DNA of 64,000 nucleotides. Source: an uncultured Acidobacteriota bacterium (GTDB taxonomy: Bacteria; Acidobacteriota; Vicinamibacteria; Vicinamibacterales; UBA8438). The DNA lies in assembly GCA_913043225.1 (NCBI GenBank), contig CAJWLU010000001.1:376865-440864 (forward strand), read 5' to 3'. Shown piece by piece: positions 10,719 to 20,199 of the stretch. The position numbers and the translations under genes were made by a program. Under the pieces are notes generated by a model. It did no database searches. It saw only the letters and a list, made by a program, of their open reading frames with translations, and was not told the DNA's origin. The first letter of the stretch is position 1; the number at the start of each line of letters is the position of its first letter.

Positions 10719-11534
10719 ATGTCCGCACTCGCTGCGACCGGCTCACCCGATCCGGACCAGGAGCCGTTCGACGACGCCATGGAAGACGAGTTCGATGGCG
10801 CCGGCGGCCGGATGTCCTTTCTGGATCATCTCGACGAGCTGCGCCGACGGCTGGTCACCGCGGTCACCGCCATCTTCGTCGGGTTCCTAGTCGCCTTTGC
10901 GTTCATCAACCCGATCTTCGAGTTCATCATGCGGCCGCTGCAGGAGATCCTGCCCGAAGGCGGCGAACTGGTTTATACCGAGCCGACCGAAGCGTTCTTT
11001 CTCTACATCAAGATCGCGGCCCTGGTCGGCTTGATCCTAGCCATCCCGGTGGTGCTGCTCCAACTGTGGCGTTTCGTCGCCCCTGGGCTCTACGGGCACG
11101 AGAAGAAGTTCGCGATTCCGTTCGTGGCACTGGCCAGCCTGTTCTTCGTGGGAGGCTGCCTGTTCTCCCACTACCTGCTCTTCCCGGTCGCCTGGCGGTT
11201 CCTTGGCGGATTCTCCACCGACTACATGACGTTCATGCCCAGGATCCAGCCCGCCTTCTCACTCTATGTGCGGTTGATGCTGGCCTGCGGCGTCGTTTTC
11301 CAGATGCCGACACTCGTATTCTTCCTCGCCCGGGTAGGTGCCGTAACGGCCTCGTTTCTTACGCGCAATACCAAGTACGCGATCCTTATCATCTTCATCA
11401 TCGCGGCCGTGCTGACCCCAACCGGAGACCCGGTGACCTTGATGCTGATGGCCGGGCCGATGATGGCACTCTATGCGCTGAGCATCTTCATCGCCTGGGC
11501 CGTCGCTCCGCGCCGCCCCCGAATCAGCGACTAG
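10719..11534 (+). CDS. tatC: twin-arginine translocase subunit TatC
   Basis: MSFLDHLDELRRRL, QLWRFVAPGLYGHEKK, LTPTGDP. Confidence 0.98.
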   Translation: MSALAATGSPDPDQEPFDDAMEDEFDGAGGRMSFLDHLDELRRRLVTAVTAIFVGFLVAFAFINPIFEFIMRPLQEILPEGGELVYTEPTEAFFLYIKIAALVGLILAIPVVLLQLWRFVAPGLYGHEKKFAIPFVALASLFFVGGCLFSHYLLFPVAWRFLGGFSTDYMTFMPRIQPAFSLYVRLMLACGVVFQMPTLVFFLARVGAVTASFLTRNTKYAILIIFIIAAVLTPTGDPVTLMLMAGPMMALYALSIFIAWAVAPRRPRISD

Positions 11535-11605
11535 CCGCCACCAAGAGCGGAGAGGCCGTTCTTCTCCAAGTTCATGAAAACGGACGGTTTCTCGACCCCA
11601 ACTGA

Positions 11606-11635
11606 TTGACTTCGTGATTGACGGGGTCGTATCAT
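11606..11635 (+). promoter_or_regulatory. sigma70-type promoter of the OmpA-like gene
   Basis: TTGACT-18nt-TATCAT about 50 nt upstream of the ATG at 11689. Confidence 0.55.
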
Positions 11636-11688
11636 TCCGCCGACGTACCTGTGTACGCGACGTGTTGTTTCTGGAGGGTAGACCCGCG

Positions 11689-13332
11689 ATGAGACGCTTC
11701 CTTGGACCAGCAGCTCTGGCGATCGGTATGTTGCTTGCCGCCGGTGGTCTGGCCACCGCACAAGACGAAGTTGAGACCCGATCGAGCAGCACGACCTGGC
11801 TGGGCGATACCGGACTATGGTTCGTACCGACCGCCGAGATTCTTCCCGCGGGCAAAGTATCCGTCAGCGGCTACCGGGCTAACTTCGACCGAGAGCAGGG
11901 CCAGACCGACATCGCTCACTTTGTCGGCACGTTCGGTGTCGGTGTGGCCGACCGGGTCGAAATCTTCGGTTCGGTCCGGGCCGACACCCGCATTCGCCGC
12001 GACTCCCGTCCGCTGTTCGACGCGAGCGACCCGGTCTTCGGGGGCGTCCTGCAGGACTATCCTACGCTCACGGACTTCTGGAACGGTGACGACTTTGGCG
12101 ACATCGTGTTCGGCGGAAAAATCAACCTGCTATCCGAACATCGCCAGCAGCCAGCCGCCGTCGCCATCCGCGGGATGATCAAGGCTCCCACGGGCAACGA
12201 GAACATCGGCAAGAGCACGGGTGAAGCGGACTTTATGTTTGACTTCATCGCCAGCAAGAACATCAACGACAACTTCGAACTGTCCGGCTTCGGCGGCATG
12301 CTGATTCGAGGCGAACCGGCCGGTATCTCGCTCGGCAACAGTGTCCGGTGGGGGCTTGGCGCGGGCTTCCCGACCAGCAGCAGACTGAAAGTTTTTGTCG
12401 AACTCAACGGCGAGTTGCCGATGAACGACGAGGTTGTGCTGACCTCCGCCTTGCTCGGAGTCGACAAGAGCATTTCACCGCTCATCTCTCGCATCGCCAC
12501 TCCCATCGACTTCAACCTCGGTCTGCAGTACCAGGCGAACAACGGTATGTTCGTCGGCGCCGGCTTCACTTACGCGCTCGGCCAGGAACGCGGCACCAAC
12601 GACGGCACCGCGCCGCTCATCGGTTTCCAGGTACGACTGGGCTACCACCCTGGTGTCCGACGCTATGTGGCACCACCTCCGCCGCCTGCGGCCGATCCGC
12701 CACAGAACCGGCCGCCGACGGTGACCGCCGAATGCGATCCGTGCGAGGTGGAGCCGGGTGCCACCTCCCGCGTGACCGCTGCCGCCAACGACCCGGACGG
12801 CGACCCGCTGACCTACCGCTGGGCCGCCCCCACCGGCGCGCTGAATCCGACCAACCAGATGGCCACCACCTGGACCGCCCCGGACGAAGAGGGCCCAGTG
12901 CCGGTAACGGTCACCGTAGATGACGGACGCGGCGGTACGGCCTCGGACACCGCGACGATCCGCGTAGTTGCTCCGCCGGCTCCACCGGCGCGCGAATTCG
13001 CGTTCGAGGACGTGCACTTCGACTTTGACCGCTACACGCTCCGTCCAGGCGCCACCCGGGTCCTGGACGAGGCAATCGCGGCCATGAACGACGATGACAG
13101 CCTGAACCTTACGCTCGAGGGGCATACCTGTAACATCGGTACCTCCGAGTACAACCAGGCTCTGGGCGAACGGCGCGCGACAGCCGTCCGTGACTACCTG
13201 ACCAACCGCGGCATCGCCGCTAACCGGTTGCAGACGGTCACCTTCGGTGAGGAGCGGCCAATGCACGACAACGCTCGCGAGGAGAGTCGCCGACTGAACC
13301 GGCGCGCCGCCCTCGTCGTCCGCGTGCAATAG
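11689..13332 (+). CDS. OmpA-family outer membrane protein (beta-barrel, Pro linker, PKD/Ig domain, peptidoglycan-binding domain)
   Basis: GGAGG SD and signal peptide from ATG 11689; DPDGDPLTY..W PKD motif; VHFDFD, YNQALGERRA, NRRA. Confidence 0.9.
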   Translation: MRRFLGPAALAIGMLLAAGGLATAQDEVETRSSSTTWLGDTGLWFVPTAEILPAGKVSVSGYRANFDREQGQTDIAHFVGTFGVGVADRVEIFGSVRADTRIRRDSRPLFDASDPVFGGVLQDYPTLTDFWNGDDFGDIVFGGKINLLSEHRQQPAAVAIRGMIKAPTGNENIGKSTGEADFMFDFIASKNINDNFELSGFGGMLIRGEPAGISLGNSVRWGLGAGFPTSSRLKVFVELNGELPMNDEVVLTSALLGVDKSISPLISRIATPIDFNLGLQYQANNGMFVGAGFTYALGQERGTNDGTAPLIGFQVRLGYHPGVRRYVAPPPPPAADPPQNRPPTVTAECDPCEVEPGATSRVTAAANDPDGDPLTYRWAAPTGALNPTNQMATTWTAPDEEGPVPVTVTVDDGRGGTASDTATIRVVAPPAPPAREFAFEDVHFDFDRYTLRPGATRVLDEAIAAMNDDDSLNLTLEGHTCNIGTSEYNQALGERRATAVRDYLTNRGIAANRLQTVTFGEERPMHDNAREESRRLNRRAALVVRVQ

Positions 13333-13356
13333 CGCACCTCTGGATTCGAGCTACTC

Positions 13357-13393
13357 AAGGCGGCCGGTCTAACGACCGGCCGCCTTCTTTTTT
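13357..13393 (+). terminator. intrinsic terminator
   Basis: AAGGCGGCCGGTC-TAAC-GACCGGCCGCCTT followed by CTTTTTT. Confidence 0.9.
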
Positions 13394-13400
13394 GCCCACC

Positions 13401-13877
13401 ATGACACGTATCGTCGGACTGGCACTCGGGGCCTTGCTGATCGCCATCGAAGGCGTGGGCTCCCTCCAGCAAGCCCCTCCCCCAGACAACTCGCCACCGG
13501 TGCTCCGCTTTCTCCAACTGCGATTCCCGACCCAGGACAATCAGCCCTTCGAGGAGCCACAGACCTATCTCCGCCAAATCGACCTGGTGCAGCACCTCAC
13601 GATGCCAGGCCAACCCGAGTGGTCGCTCTATGCGGATGTGAAGGAAGTCGCGGTCGCCGACGCCGAGCGCCTGTGGCGCACGGGCCAATTCGAGAGCCTG
13701 TGGATAGACGTGGCCGAGCGCCCCTTCGAGAACGGCGTCGCTGGAATACTCGTGGCGTTCAACTTCGTCGAGCGGCCAGAGCCTCTGGTCCCGTCGGCCG
13801 AAACCCTGCCCGTACCGCCCGAGGCCTTCGCCCAGCCGCCCGCCGGCGCCACCCGGCTCTACCCGCCTCCCCGCTGA
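13401..13877 (+). CDS. secreted protein with a single POTRA-like domain
   Basis: Hydrophobic N-terminus; D..RLWRTGQFESLWIDV...FNFVERP resembles the first POTRA of BamA; Pro-rich tail. Confidence 0.6.
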   Translation: MTRIVGLALGALLIAIEGVGSLQQAPPPDNSPPVLRFLQLRFPTQDNQPFEEPQTYLRQIDLVQHLTMPGQPEWSLYADVKEVAVADAERLWRTGQFESLWIDVAERPFENGVAGILVAFNFVERPEPLVPSAETLPVPPEAFAQPPAGATRLYPPPR

Positions 13878-13942
13878 TTGGGAGACAGGGCGAGCCTTCT
13901 GGCCCACCATCAACCACCCTGCCCCCAATCAAAGGCCGGACC

Positions 13943-15391
13943 CTAATAGGACTTCGCGAAGTACGCGTCGACCTGACCCGGTTGGCCGCATTCGATGCAA
14001 TTGCCAGACGTCGGCTGGGGATCCAGCGGGAGGTTCCTGATCGTGGCCTGGGTTGCGGTCTTGATCTTCGCCTCACACACGGCCGACCCACACCAGGACG
14101 CCACGACGTAGCCTGGGCGCCCCTCCAGGCTCGAATCGAATTCGGTCCGGTCGGTAGTCCGCAGGGTGTGCTCGTCGCGGAATGCGACTGCCCGCTCGAA
14201 GAGCGCCTGCTGGATGGTAGATAGCAGGCCGTCGACATGTTCTGCCAATCCCGCCATCGGCGTCGGGCTCTTCTTACGATTATCACGCCTCACGAGCATC
14301 ACCTGTTCGTTCTTCACGTCGCGGGGGCCGATCTCGAGCCGGAGCGGCACGCCCCGCATCTCCCATTCGGCATACTTCCAGCCGGGCGAATGCTCTTCCC
14401 GGCCGTCGAGCATCACCCTGATCCCACAGGCCTCGAGCTCACCCTTGATCCGATCCGCGTGCGGCAGGACGGTCTCCCGCCAATCACCACGCGGAATGGG
14501 AACGATCACCACCTGATACGGGGCGATGCGGGGCGGCAAAATCAGACCGCTGTCATCACCGTGGGTCATAATGACGCCCCCAATCAGGCGCGTGGTCACC
14601 CCCCACGACGTTTGCCACCCGTACTGGACGGTCTTGTCCCGTCCCTGGAAGGTGATGTCGAACACCTTGGCAAAGTTCTGACCCAGATTGTGGGACGTCC
14701 CGGCCTGGAGCGCCCGGCCGTCGCCCATCAGCGCCTCGATAGAGTAGGTACGCAACGCCCCTGCGAACTTCTCGCTTTCCGTTTTGAGCCCCTTCAACAC
14801 CGGCATGGCCAGCTCGGTCTCAGTAAAGTCCTGGTATACGTCGAGCATCTTGAGCGTTTCTTCCTGCGCTTCTGCCTCGGTCTCATGTACCGTGTGACCT
14901 TCCTGCCACAGGAACTCGGTGGTACGCAGAAAGAGCCGGGTGACCTTCTCCCAGCGGACAACGTTGGCCCACTGGTTGATCAAGATAGGCAGGTCTCGCC
15001 AGGACTGTACCCACTTCGAGTACATGGTCCCGACGATGGCTTCGGACGTAGGCCGAACCACCAGCCGTTCCTCGAGCTGTTCCTGTCCCCCATGCGTGAC
15101 CCAGGCCACCTCGGGGGCAAACCCCTCAACATGCGCGGCCTCCTTCTTCAGCAGGCTCTCGGGAATGAAGAGCGGGAAGTATGCATTGACGTGGCCGGTC
15201 TCCTTGATCCGACGATCGAGGGCCTGCTGCATCAGCTCCCAGATGGCGTAGCCGTACGGCCGGATGACCATACTGCCCTTGACCGGAGAATAGTCAGCCA
15301 GCTCCGCTCGACGAATGACGTCGGTGTACCAGCGAGAAAAATCCTCTGATCTCGGGGTGATTTCCTTGACGAGCGCGTCCTTGTCCGCCAT
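13943..15391 (-). CDS. proS: proline--tRNA ligase, archaeal/eukaryotic type
   Basis: DFSRWY, RPTSE, QWANVVRWE, EFLWQEGHT, C-terminal Cys zinc site, no INS editing domain. Confidence 0.98.
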   Translation of the reverse strand: MADKDALVKEITPRSEDFSRWYTDVIRRAELADYSPVKGSMVIRPYGYAIWELMQQALDRRIKETGHVNAYFPLFIPESLLKKEAAHVEGFAPEVAWVTHGGQEQLEERLVVRPTSEAIVGTMYSKWVQSWRDLPILINQWANVVRWEKVTRLFLRTTEFLWQEGHTVHETEAEAQEETLKMLDVYQDFTETELAMPVLKGLKTESEKFAGALRTYSIEALMGDGRALQAGTSHNLGQNFAKVFDITFQGRDKTVQYGWQTSWGVTTRLIGGVIMTHGDDSGLILPPRIAPYQVVIVPIPRGDWRETVLPHADRIKGELEACGIRVMLDGREEHSPGWKYAEWEMRGVPLRLEIGPRDVKNEQVMLVRRDNRKKSPTPMAGLAEHVDGLLSTIQQALFERAVAFRDEHTLRTTDRTEFDSSLEGRPGYVVASWCGSAVCEAKIKTATQATIRNLPLDPQPTSGNCIECGQPGQVDAYFAKSY

Positions 15392-15460
15392 CAGCGAAGG
15401 TCCCTCCGACCCAGAAATAGCTGCTATCCTACCATCTGGTCTTCAGCCCGCTCTGACCCC

Positions 15461-16543
15461 ATGCCGCCAGTCCGCATCGACGTCGCAAGTGCCAGCCGTA
15501 CATACCCCGTACTTGTGGCGCCAGGCCTGATCTCTGATCTCGAGACCCACCTCTCAGCTGCCGGCATCGGCGCGCGACGGTTCGTGGTATCGAGTCCGAA
15601 CGTCTGGCGGCGCCATGGCGAGACCATCGCCACCGCGCTCCCGGGTACCCCCCACCTCCTGATTCCGGACGGAGAACGCTCGAAGAACCAGCAGACACTG
15701 GGGCGGATCTACGAGTGGTTGATCGGGGCAGGAGCCGACCGCCATTCAGTGGTGATCGCAGTCGGTGGCGGTGTGATCGGCGATACCGTGGGATTCGGCG
15801 CCGCCTCCTACCTACGTGGCGTGGATCTGGTGCAAGTGCCGACGACCCTCCTCGCCCAGGTGGACAGCTCGATCGGCGGGAAGGTAGGCATCAATCACGC
15901 GCTCGGAAAGAACCTGATCGGCGCCTTTCACGCGCCGGTCGCGGTCGTCATCGATCCGTCCCTGCTCGACACCCTCCCCCGCCGTGAGATGCGGGCCGGA
16001 CTGTACGAAGTGGTGAAGTACGGAGTGATCGCCAGCCGCCCGCTCTTCGAGCAGTTGAGCAACGACCTCTCACGCATCTTTGCCCGAGATCCCGATGTGA
16101 TGACCGGGATCATCGCTCAGTCCTGTCGCATCAAGGCCGACGTCGTCGCCGACGACGAGCGAGAAGGTGATCGGCGCAGAATCCTCAACTACGGTCATAC
16201 CGCCGGCCACGCCCTTGAGGCCGTGACCCGGTACCGCCGGCTGCGCCACGGGGAAGCGGTGGGCTATGGCATGCTGGTAGCCGCCGAGCTTGGCGTCCGT
16301 CGCAAACTGCTCTCGGAGGCGGACCGGGAGGCGTTGTCCACCTTGATCGGCAACATGGGCCCGCTGCCTTCGGTGTCCGACCTCTCAGCCGACGAGCTAA
16401 TCACCGCGATGCACCGTGACAAGAAGGTCGTGGAAGGACGTCTACACATGGTGCTACCCCGCGGTATTGGAGACACCCAGATCGCCGACGACGTGAGCGA
16501 CCGCGACATCCGACGAGCCCTGAAGGTCATCGGAATCAGGTAG
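15461..16543 (+). CDS. aroB: 3-dehydroquinate synthase
   Basis: GGGVIGD, VPTTLLAQVDSSIGGK, LNYGHTAGHALE, HGEAV. Confidence 0.98.
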   Translation: MPPVRIDVASASRTYPVLVAPGLISDLETHLSAAGIGARRFVVSSPNVWRRHGETIATALPGTPHLLIPDGERSKNQQTLGRIYEWLIGAGADRHSVVIAVGGGVIGDTVGFGAASYLRGVDLVQVPTTLLAQVDSSIGGKVGINHALGKNLIGAFHAPVAVVIDPSLLDTLPRREMRAGLYEVVKYGVIASRPLFEQLSNDLSRIFARDPDVMTGIIAQSCRIKADVVADDEREGDRRRILNYGHTAGHALEAVTRYRRLRHGEAVGYGMLVAAELGVRRKLLSEADREALSTLIGNMGPLPSVSDLSADELITAMHRDKKVVEGRLHMVLPRGIGDTQIADDVSDRDIRRALKVIGIR

Positions 16544-16692
16544 GAGCCGGATACGAGACCACCTTGCCGGCCATCGCGGGCGATGTGCTCAAAGCCTCGC
16601 CCACCTCGACCCGGGTTTCGAGCTCTGCCACCATCACCACGAGTCCAGCCTCGACCAAATAGCGCCCCTAAGGCTCGTTGTTCCGCAGCCTG

Positions 16693-17529
16693 CTAATGAA
16701 ACCAGAAGCGGTAGTACGACTCGAGGTACCACCTGATGAACGGACCGCCGAAATGGGAGGACAGCAGCGCGCTGGCCGCGAGGTACGGACCGAGCGGGAC
16801 CTCATCCTTTATTCCGGCCAGATGCAGAAGCACCTTCAGCGGCGGGACCTTATCCTTTATGGTGGCCAGTATGCTGGCCAGACGCAGCAGCAACTTCAGC
16901 GATGGAATAAGCGACGCAGCAAACAACGTAACCAGCATCAGTTCCCAGCCGAGAAACGCGCCCACCATGGCCAGCATCTTCACGTCGCCCAGGCCCATAG
17001 CCCAGACGCCGCGCCAAAGGAAGTAGAACACTGCGGGCACCAACAGCACACCGGCACCAGCGGCCGCGCCGATGAGCGCCGACTGGATCCCGGGCTGCAG
17101 GAACAGACTGGCTCCCAGGCCGATCACAACGCCCGGATAGGTGATCTCGTTTGGTAAATGCCCGGACTGCAGATCGACGACGAACAGCACGATCATGGCC
17201 GCCGCAAAGAGCAGTCGTACGCCCAGCAGCGGCTGCCAGCCCAGCTCCCAGAACTGCAGCGCAAACACCAGGCCGGTGGTCACTTCGATCAGCGGATACA
17301 TCGGAGAGATCGGCTTACTGCAGTCCCGGCACCGACCTCGCAGCACTAACCAGCTCAGCACCGGCACGTTGTCGAACCAGCGGAGACCGCGACCGCACGA
17401 GGGGCATCGAGATGGCGGACTGACCACCGACTCACCGCGTGGCAGCCGATAGATGCAGACGTTGAGGAAGCTGCCAATGGCCAGTCCCAGCGCCATCACC
17501 GATAGGCCCTGCACGTAGGTCTCGGTCAT
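16693..17529 (-). CDS. pilD: type IV prepilin peptidase / N-methyltransferase
   Basis: GSFLNVCIYRLP, CPSC/CRDC zinc pairs, GLGDVK catalytic motif. Confidence 0.95.
   Translation of the reverse strand: MTETYVQGLSVMALGLAIGSFLNVCIYRLPRGESVVSPPSRCPSCGRGLRWFDNVPVLSWLVLRGRCRDCSKPISPMYPLIEVTTGLVFALQFWELGWQPLLGVRLLFAAAMIVLFVVDLQSGHLPNEITYPGVVIGLGASLFLQPGIQSALIGAAAGAGVLLVPAVFYFLWRGVWAMGLGDVKMLAMVGAFLGWELMLVTLFAASLIPSLKLLLRLASILATIKDKVPPLKVLLHLAGIKDEVPLGPYLAASALLSSHFGGPFIRWYLESYYRFWFH
16794..16901. repeat. imperfect in-frame tandem duplication inside pilD (48 + 60 bp)
   Basis: GCGGGACCT(C/T)ATCCTTTAT...GGCCAGA(T/C)GCAG(A/C)AGCA(C/A)CTTCAGCG at 16794-16841 and 16842-16901. Confidence 0.85.
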
Positions 17530-18440
17530 TGCGAAAGCGGCGGGAGCGCTTCCCCGGGGAGCGGGTACAGCTCTGACTCCGGCGAGACGTTCATCGTGCC
17601 GTTCTCAACATCGAGTACATAGGGCAGACCGGTCGGGTCCAAGGGTAGCCTGGCCAGGAGGCCGGCCTGGATGAGTTCGTCCCATCCCCGGGGAGGGCGC
17701 CCCGCCTGCCGGTTGAAACGGACGGCCAGCGCGATCAGCTGATTGATGTCGTCGAGGGCGTGCAGCTGCGTCAGGCGACGGGCGGCCTCGGTCCGGATCC
17801 AGTTATTGTCAGCCGAGTCGTACACCTGTTGCCACAGCATGCGCGACGACTCCAGACTTCCACCCGCGGCCAGGGTGTTCGCAGCCAGCGACCGTAGCCA
17901 CCATGACGCGCCAGGCACCTCTGCCGCCCGTTCGAACCACGAACCGGCGGTCTCGTAGTCCTGCAGCCACCAGTAGTAGATGAACCCGATGTCCATGTAG
18001 TACTCCCAGCGGTCCGGCATAGCCTCGATGCCTTTCTCGAGCAGCGCCACCGCCAGATCGGGGCGCCCGGGACCATTGGGATAAGACTCGGTCAGAAAGA
18101 TCGCTCCGAATCGGTACGCCGCTTTGAATCCTGGGTCGAGGGTGGTGGTGATATCGAGCAATGGCCCGAGCAAGTCGTAGTTTTTCTCGGCGGATTCGGA
18201 CCGCTTGGTACCACCGTAGTGCTGGATCGCGCGTATCCAGTAGATGTCAGCCACCAACGAGTCAAACGAGAGCGCCATCCGCTCCACGATCTCACCCGAC
18301 GGGACATAGAGCAGCTCGGTCTCGACGGCAGAAGCAGTATAGGTACGGTCGCGCACGACGGAAGTCGTGACGAACACCACGACCAGCGCGGTCAGCGCCA
18401 CGGCCACGGCTACCGGCCGTTCCCACCACGGTCGACTCAT
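17526..18440 (-). CDS. membrane-anchored TPR-like pilus accessory protein (PilG/XapA-like)
   Basis: N-terminal TM, ADIYWIRAIQHYG, TTLDP.F..AY, TPR-like helices; overlaps both neighbours by 4 nt. Confidence 0.7.
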   Translation of the reverse strand: MSRPWWERPVAVAVALTALVVVFVTTSVVRDRTYTASAVETELLYVPSGEIVERMALSFDSLVADIYWIRAIQHYGGTKRSESAEKNYDLLGPLLDITTTLDPGFKAAYRFGAIFLTESYPNGPGRPDLAVALLEKGIEAMPDRWEYYMDIGFIYYWWLQDYETAGSWFERAAEVPGASWWLRSLAANTLAAGGSLESSRMLWQQVYDSADNNWIRTEAARRLTQLHALDDINQLIALAVRFNRQAGRPPRGWDELIQAGLLARLPLDPTGLPYVLDVENGTMNVSPESELYPLPGEALPPLSQ

Positions 18441-19243
18441 TTAAAGTCTCGCCGCGAAAATATGAAGACGGATGCCAGGAGCAGCGCCGCGACATAGGCC
18501 GCGCCATACCAGGTAGTCATCGCGACGTAGCCAAGCGACACCGGCTCGCCGTGGACCACCGCCGCCTTGACGTCGAACGGCGCGAGGTTTGGTAACACGT
18601 AGTACAGGGCACGGGCGAGATACACGGCGACGCTCGAATCGACCACGCTCTCGAAGTTCCTGAGATCCGCATTGAAGTGGCCCACTACGTACAGACCGAA
18701 CGTCAGCACGGCGGACAGGCTCGGGCTGGAAAAAGTGGAGAAGAAGAGCGCGATCGCGGTGACCAGCGCCAGCTGGACGAACACCAGGAAAAGGGCGGAC
18801 CACATCGCCGGATCGGCGGCCGGCCGAACCCAGGTCGCCTTGAACTCCTCGCTCTCGATCCAGGACATGTAACCGAGGACGAGGTAGAGGGCAACGGCCA
18901 TCACCGCGACGTTGACGGCGAGGGTGAGCACCAGCCCCGCGTACTTGCCAAGAATCAACTCATGTCGTCGGATCGGCTTCGACAAGAGGCTGTAGATACT
19001 TCGACGTTCGACCTCCTTCGACACCAGTCCGATACCAATAAACACCGCGATGAACAACCCAACGATCTGGGTGGCGGCCAGTCCCAGGTCCTTGATGATC
19101 TTCACGTCCTGGCCGGCGGTCAGCTGTCCGATGAGATACAACGCACCCATAAGGAGCACGGCGAACAGGACGAGGGTGTAGAGGACCTTGTCCCGTATCG
19201 ACTCCTTGAAGGCGTGGACCGCAATCCGCGTGATGATCGCCAT
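18437..19243 (-). CDS. ABC-2 type transporter permease (PilI-like)
   Basis: About 6 TMs, EVERRSIYSLLSKPIRR..LILGKY, C-terminal FSRRDF. Confidence 0.88.
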   Translation of the reverse strand: MAIITRIAVHAFKESIRDKVLYTLVLFAVLLMGALYLIGQLTAGQDVKIIKDLGLAATQIVGLFIAVFIGIGLVSKEVERRSIYSLLSKPIRRHELILGKYAGLVLTLAVNVAVMAVALYLVLGYMSWIESEEFKATWVRPAADPAMWSALFLVFVQLALVTAIALFFSTFSSPSLSAVLTFGLYVVGHFNADLRNFESVVDSSVAVYLARALYYVLPNLAPFDVKAAVVHGEPVSLGYVAMTTWYGAAYVAALLLASVFIFSRRDFK

Positions 19244-19247
19244 GAGC

Positions 19248-20186
19248 CTAGTCCGCGTCGCCGGGCTGGGAGACCATGCGCATGAAGTAGTCCTCGAGTG
19301 ACTCGTGACGAGGAGTCAGGGCAACGACCTGAGCACCCTGCCTGGCCAGCTCGGGAAGGACCCGTTCCGGAGGCTGGTCGATGGTGAGCTCGATAACCAG
19401 CCGCCCGTCTACCTCCCGGGCGGCCTCGTCGAAGCCAAGCGCGCGCATCCCGTCCAGTGACCCTCCGGACACCACTACCTCCCACCCCAGCACTTCAAAG
19501 GCGAGGTCGGCGATCCGCCCGGTGGCGATCAACTTGCCTTGCGCCATGATGGCCACGCGATCGCAAAGCGCTTCGGCGTCAGAGAGGATGTGCGAGCTAA
19601 AGAAGACCGTACGCCCCTCTGCGCCAAGCTGTCGGATCAGCTCCCGCGTGTCCCGCCGGCCGACCGGATCGAGACCTGACATCGGCTCGTCGAGAAACAC
19701 CACCTCGGGGTCGTTGACGAGCGCCTGGGCGATGCCCACCCGCTGCAACATTCCCTTGGAATAACGTCGCAGACGCTGGTGTCGAGCCGCGCCCAGCCCC
19801 ACCCTGTCGAGCAACGTCGCGGCCCGCCGACGTGCGTCGGCAGCCGACAAACTGAACAAGCCGCCGAAGTAGACCAGCAGTTCCTCAGCTGAGAGATTGT
19901 CATAGAAATACGGCAGCTCCGGCAGATAGCCGAGTCGGCGGCGGGCGCCCACGTCACCGGCGGGGCGACCCAGAATCTCGGCCGTGCCTGCCGTCGGATA
20001 GATCAGCTGCATCAGCAGCTTCAGTGTCGTCGTCTTACCGGCCCCATTCGGTCCCAGATAGCCAAGCACCTCGCCGCTGGCCACCTCGAGCGATACCTGA
20101 TCGAGCGCTCGGTAGGGACGCGGTCGCCAAAAGCCCACCGCGTAATCCTTGGTGAGGCCGTCGAGTTTGATCGCAGGCGTGGACAT
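19248..20186 (-). CDS. ABC transporter ATP-binding protein (PilH-like)
   Basis: [17 protein letters not shown] signature, [12 protein letters not shown]. Confidence 0.93.
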   Translation of the reverse strand: MSTPAIKLDGLTKDYAVGFWRPRPYRALDQVSLEVASGEVLGYLGPNGAGKTTTLKLLMQLIYPTAGTAEILGRPAGDVGARRRLGYLPELPYFYDNLSAEELLVYFGGLFSLSAADARRRAATLLDRVGLGAARHQRLRRYSKGMLQRVGIAQALVNDPEVVFLDEPMSGLDPVGRRDTRELIRQLGAEGRTVFFSSHILSDAEALCDRVAIMAQGKLIATGRIADLAFEVLGWEVVVSGGSLDGMRALGFDEAAREVDGRLVIELTIDQPPERVLPELARQGAQVVALTPRHESLEDYFMRMVSQPGDAD

Positions 20187-20199
20187 CCAGGCACCGTTG

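Noticed and set aside
16544..16692. Possible gene remnant or sRNA between aroB and pilD
   Set aside because: No convincing ORF, hairpin or repeat found by eye.
16794..16901. Diversity-generating retroelement TR/VR pair
   Set aside because: The copies are adjacent and in frame, mismatches are not adenine-specific, and no reverse transcriptase is in the window.
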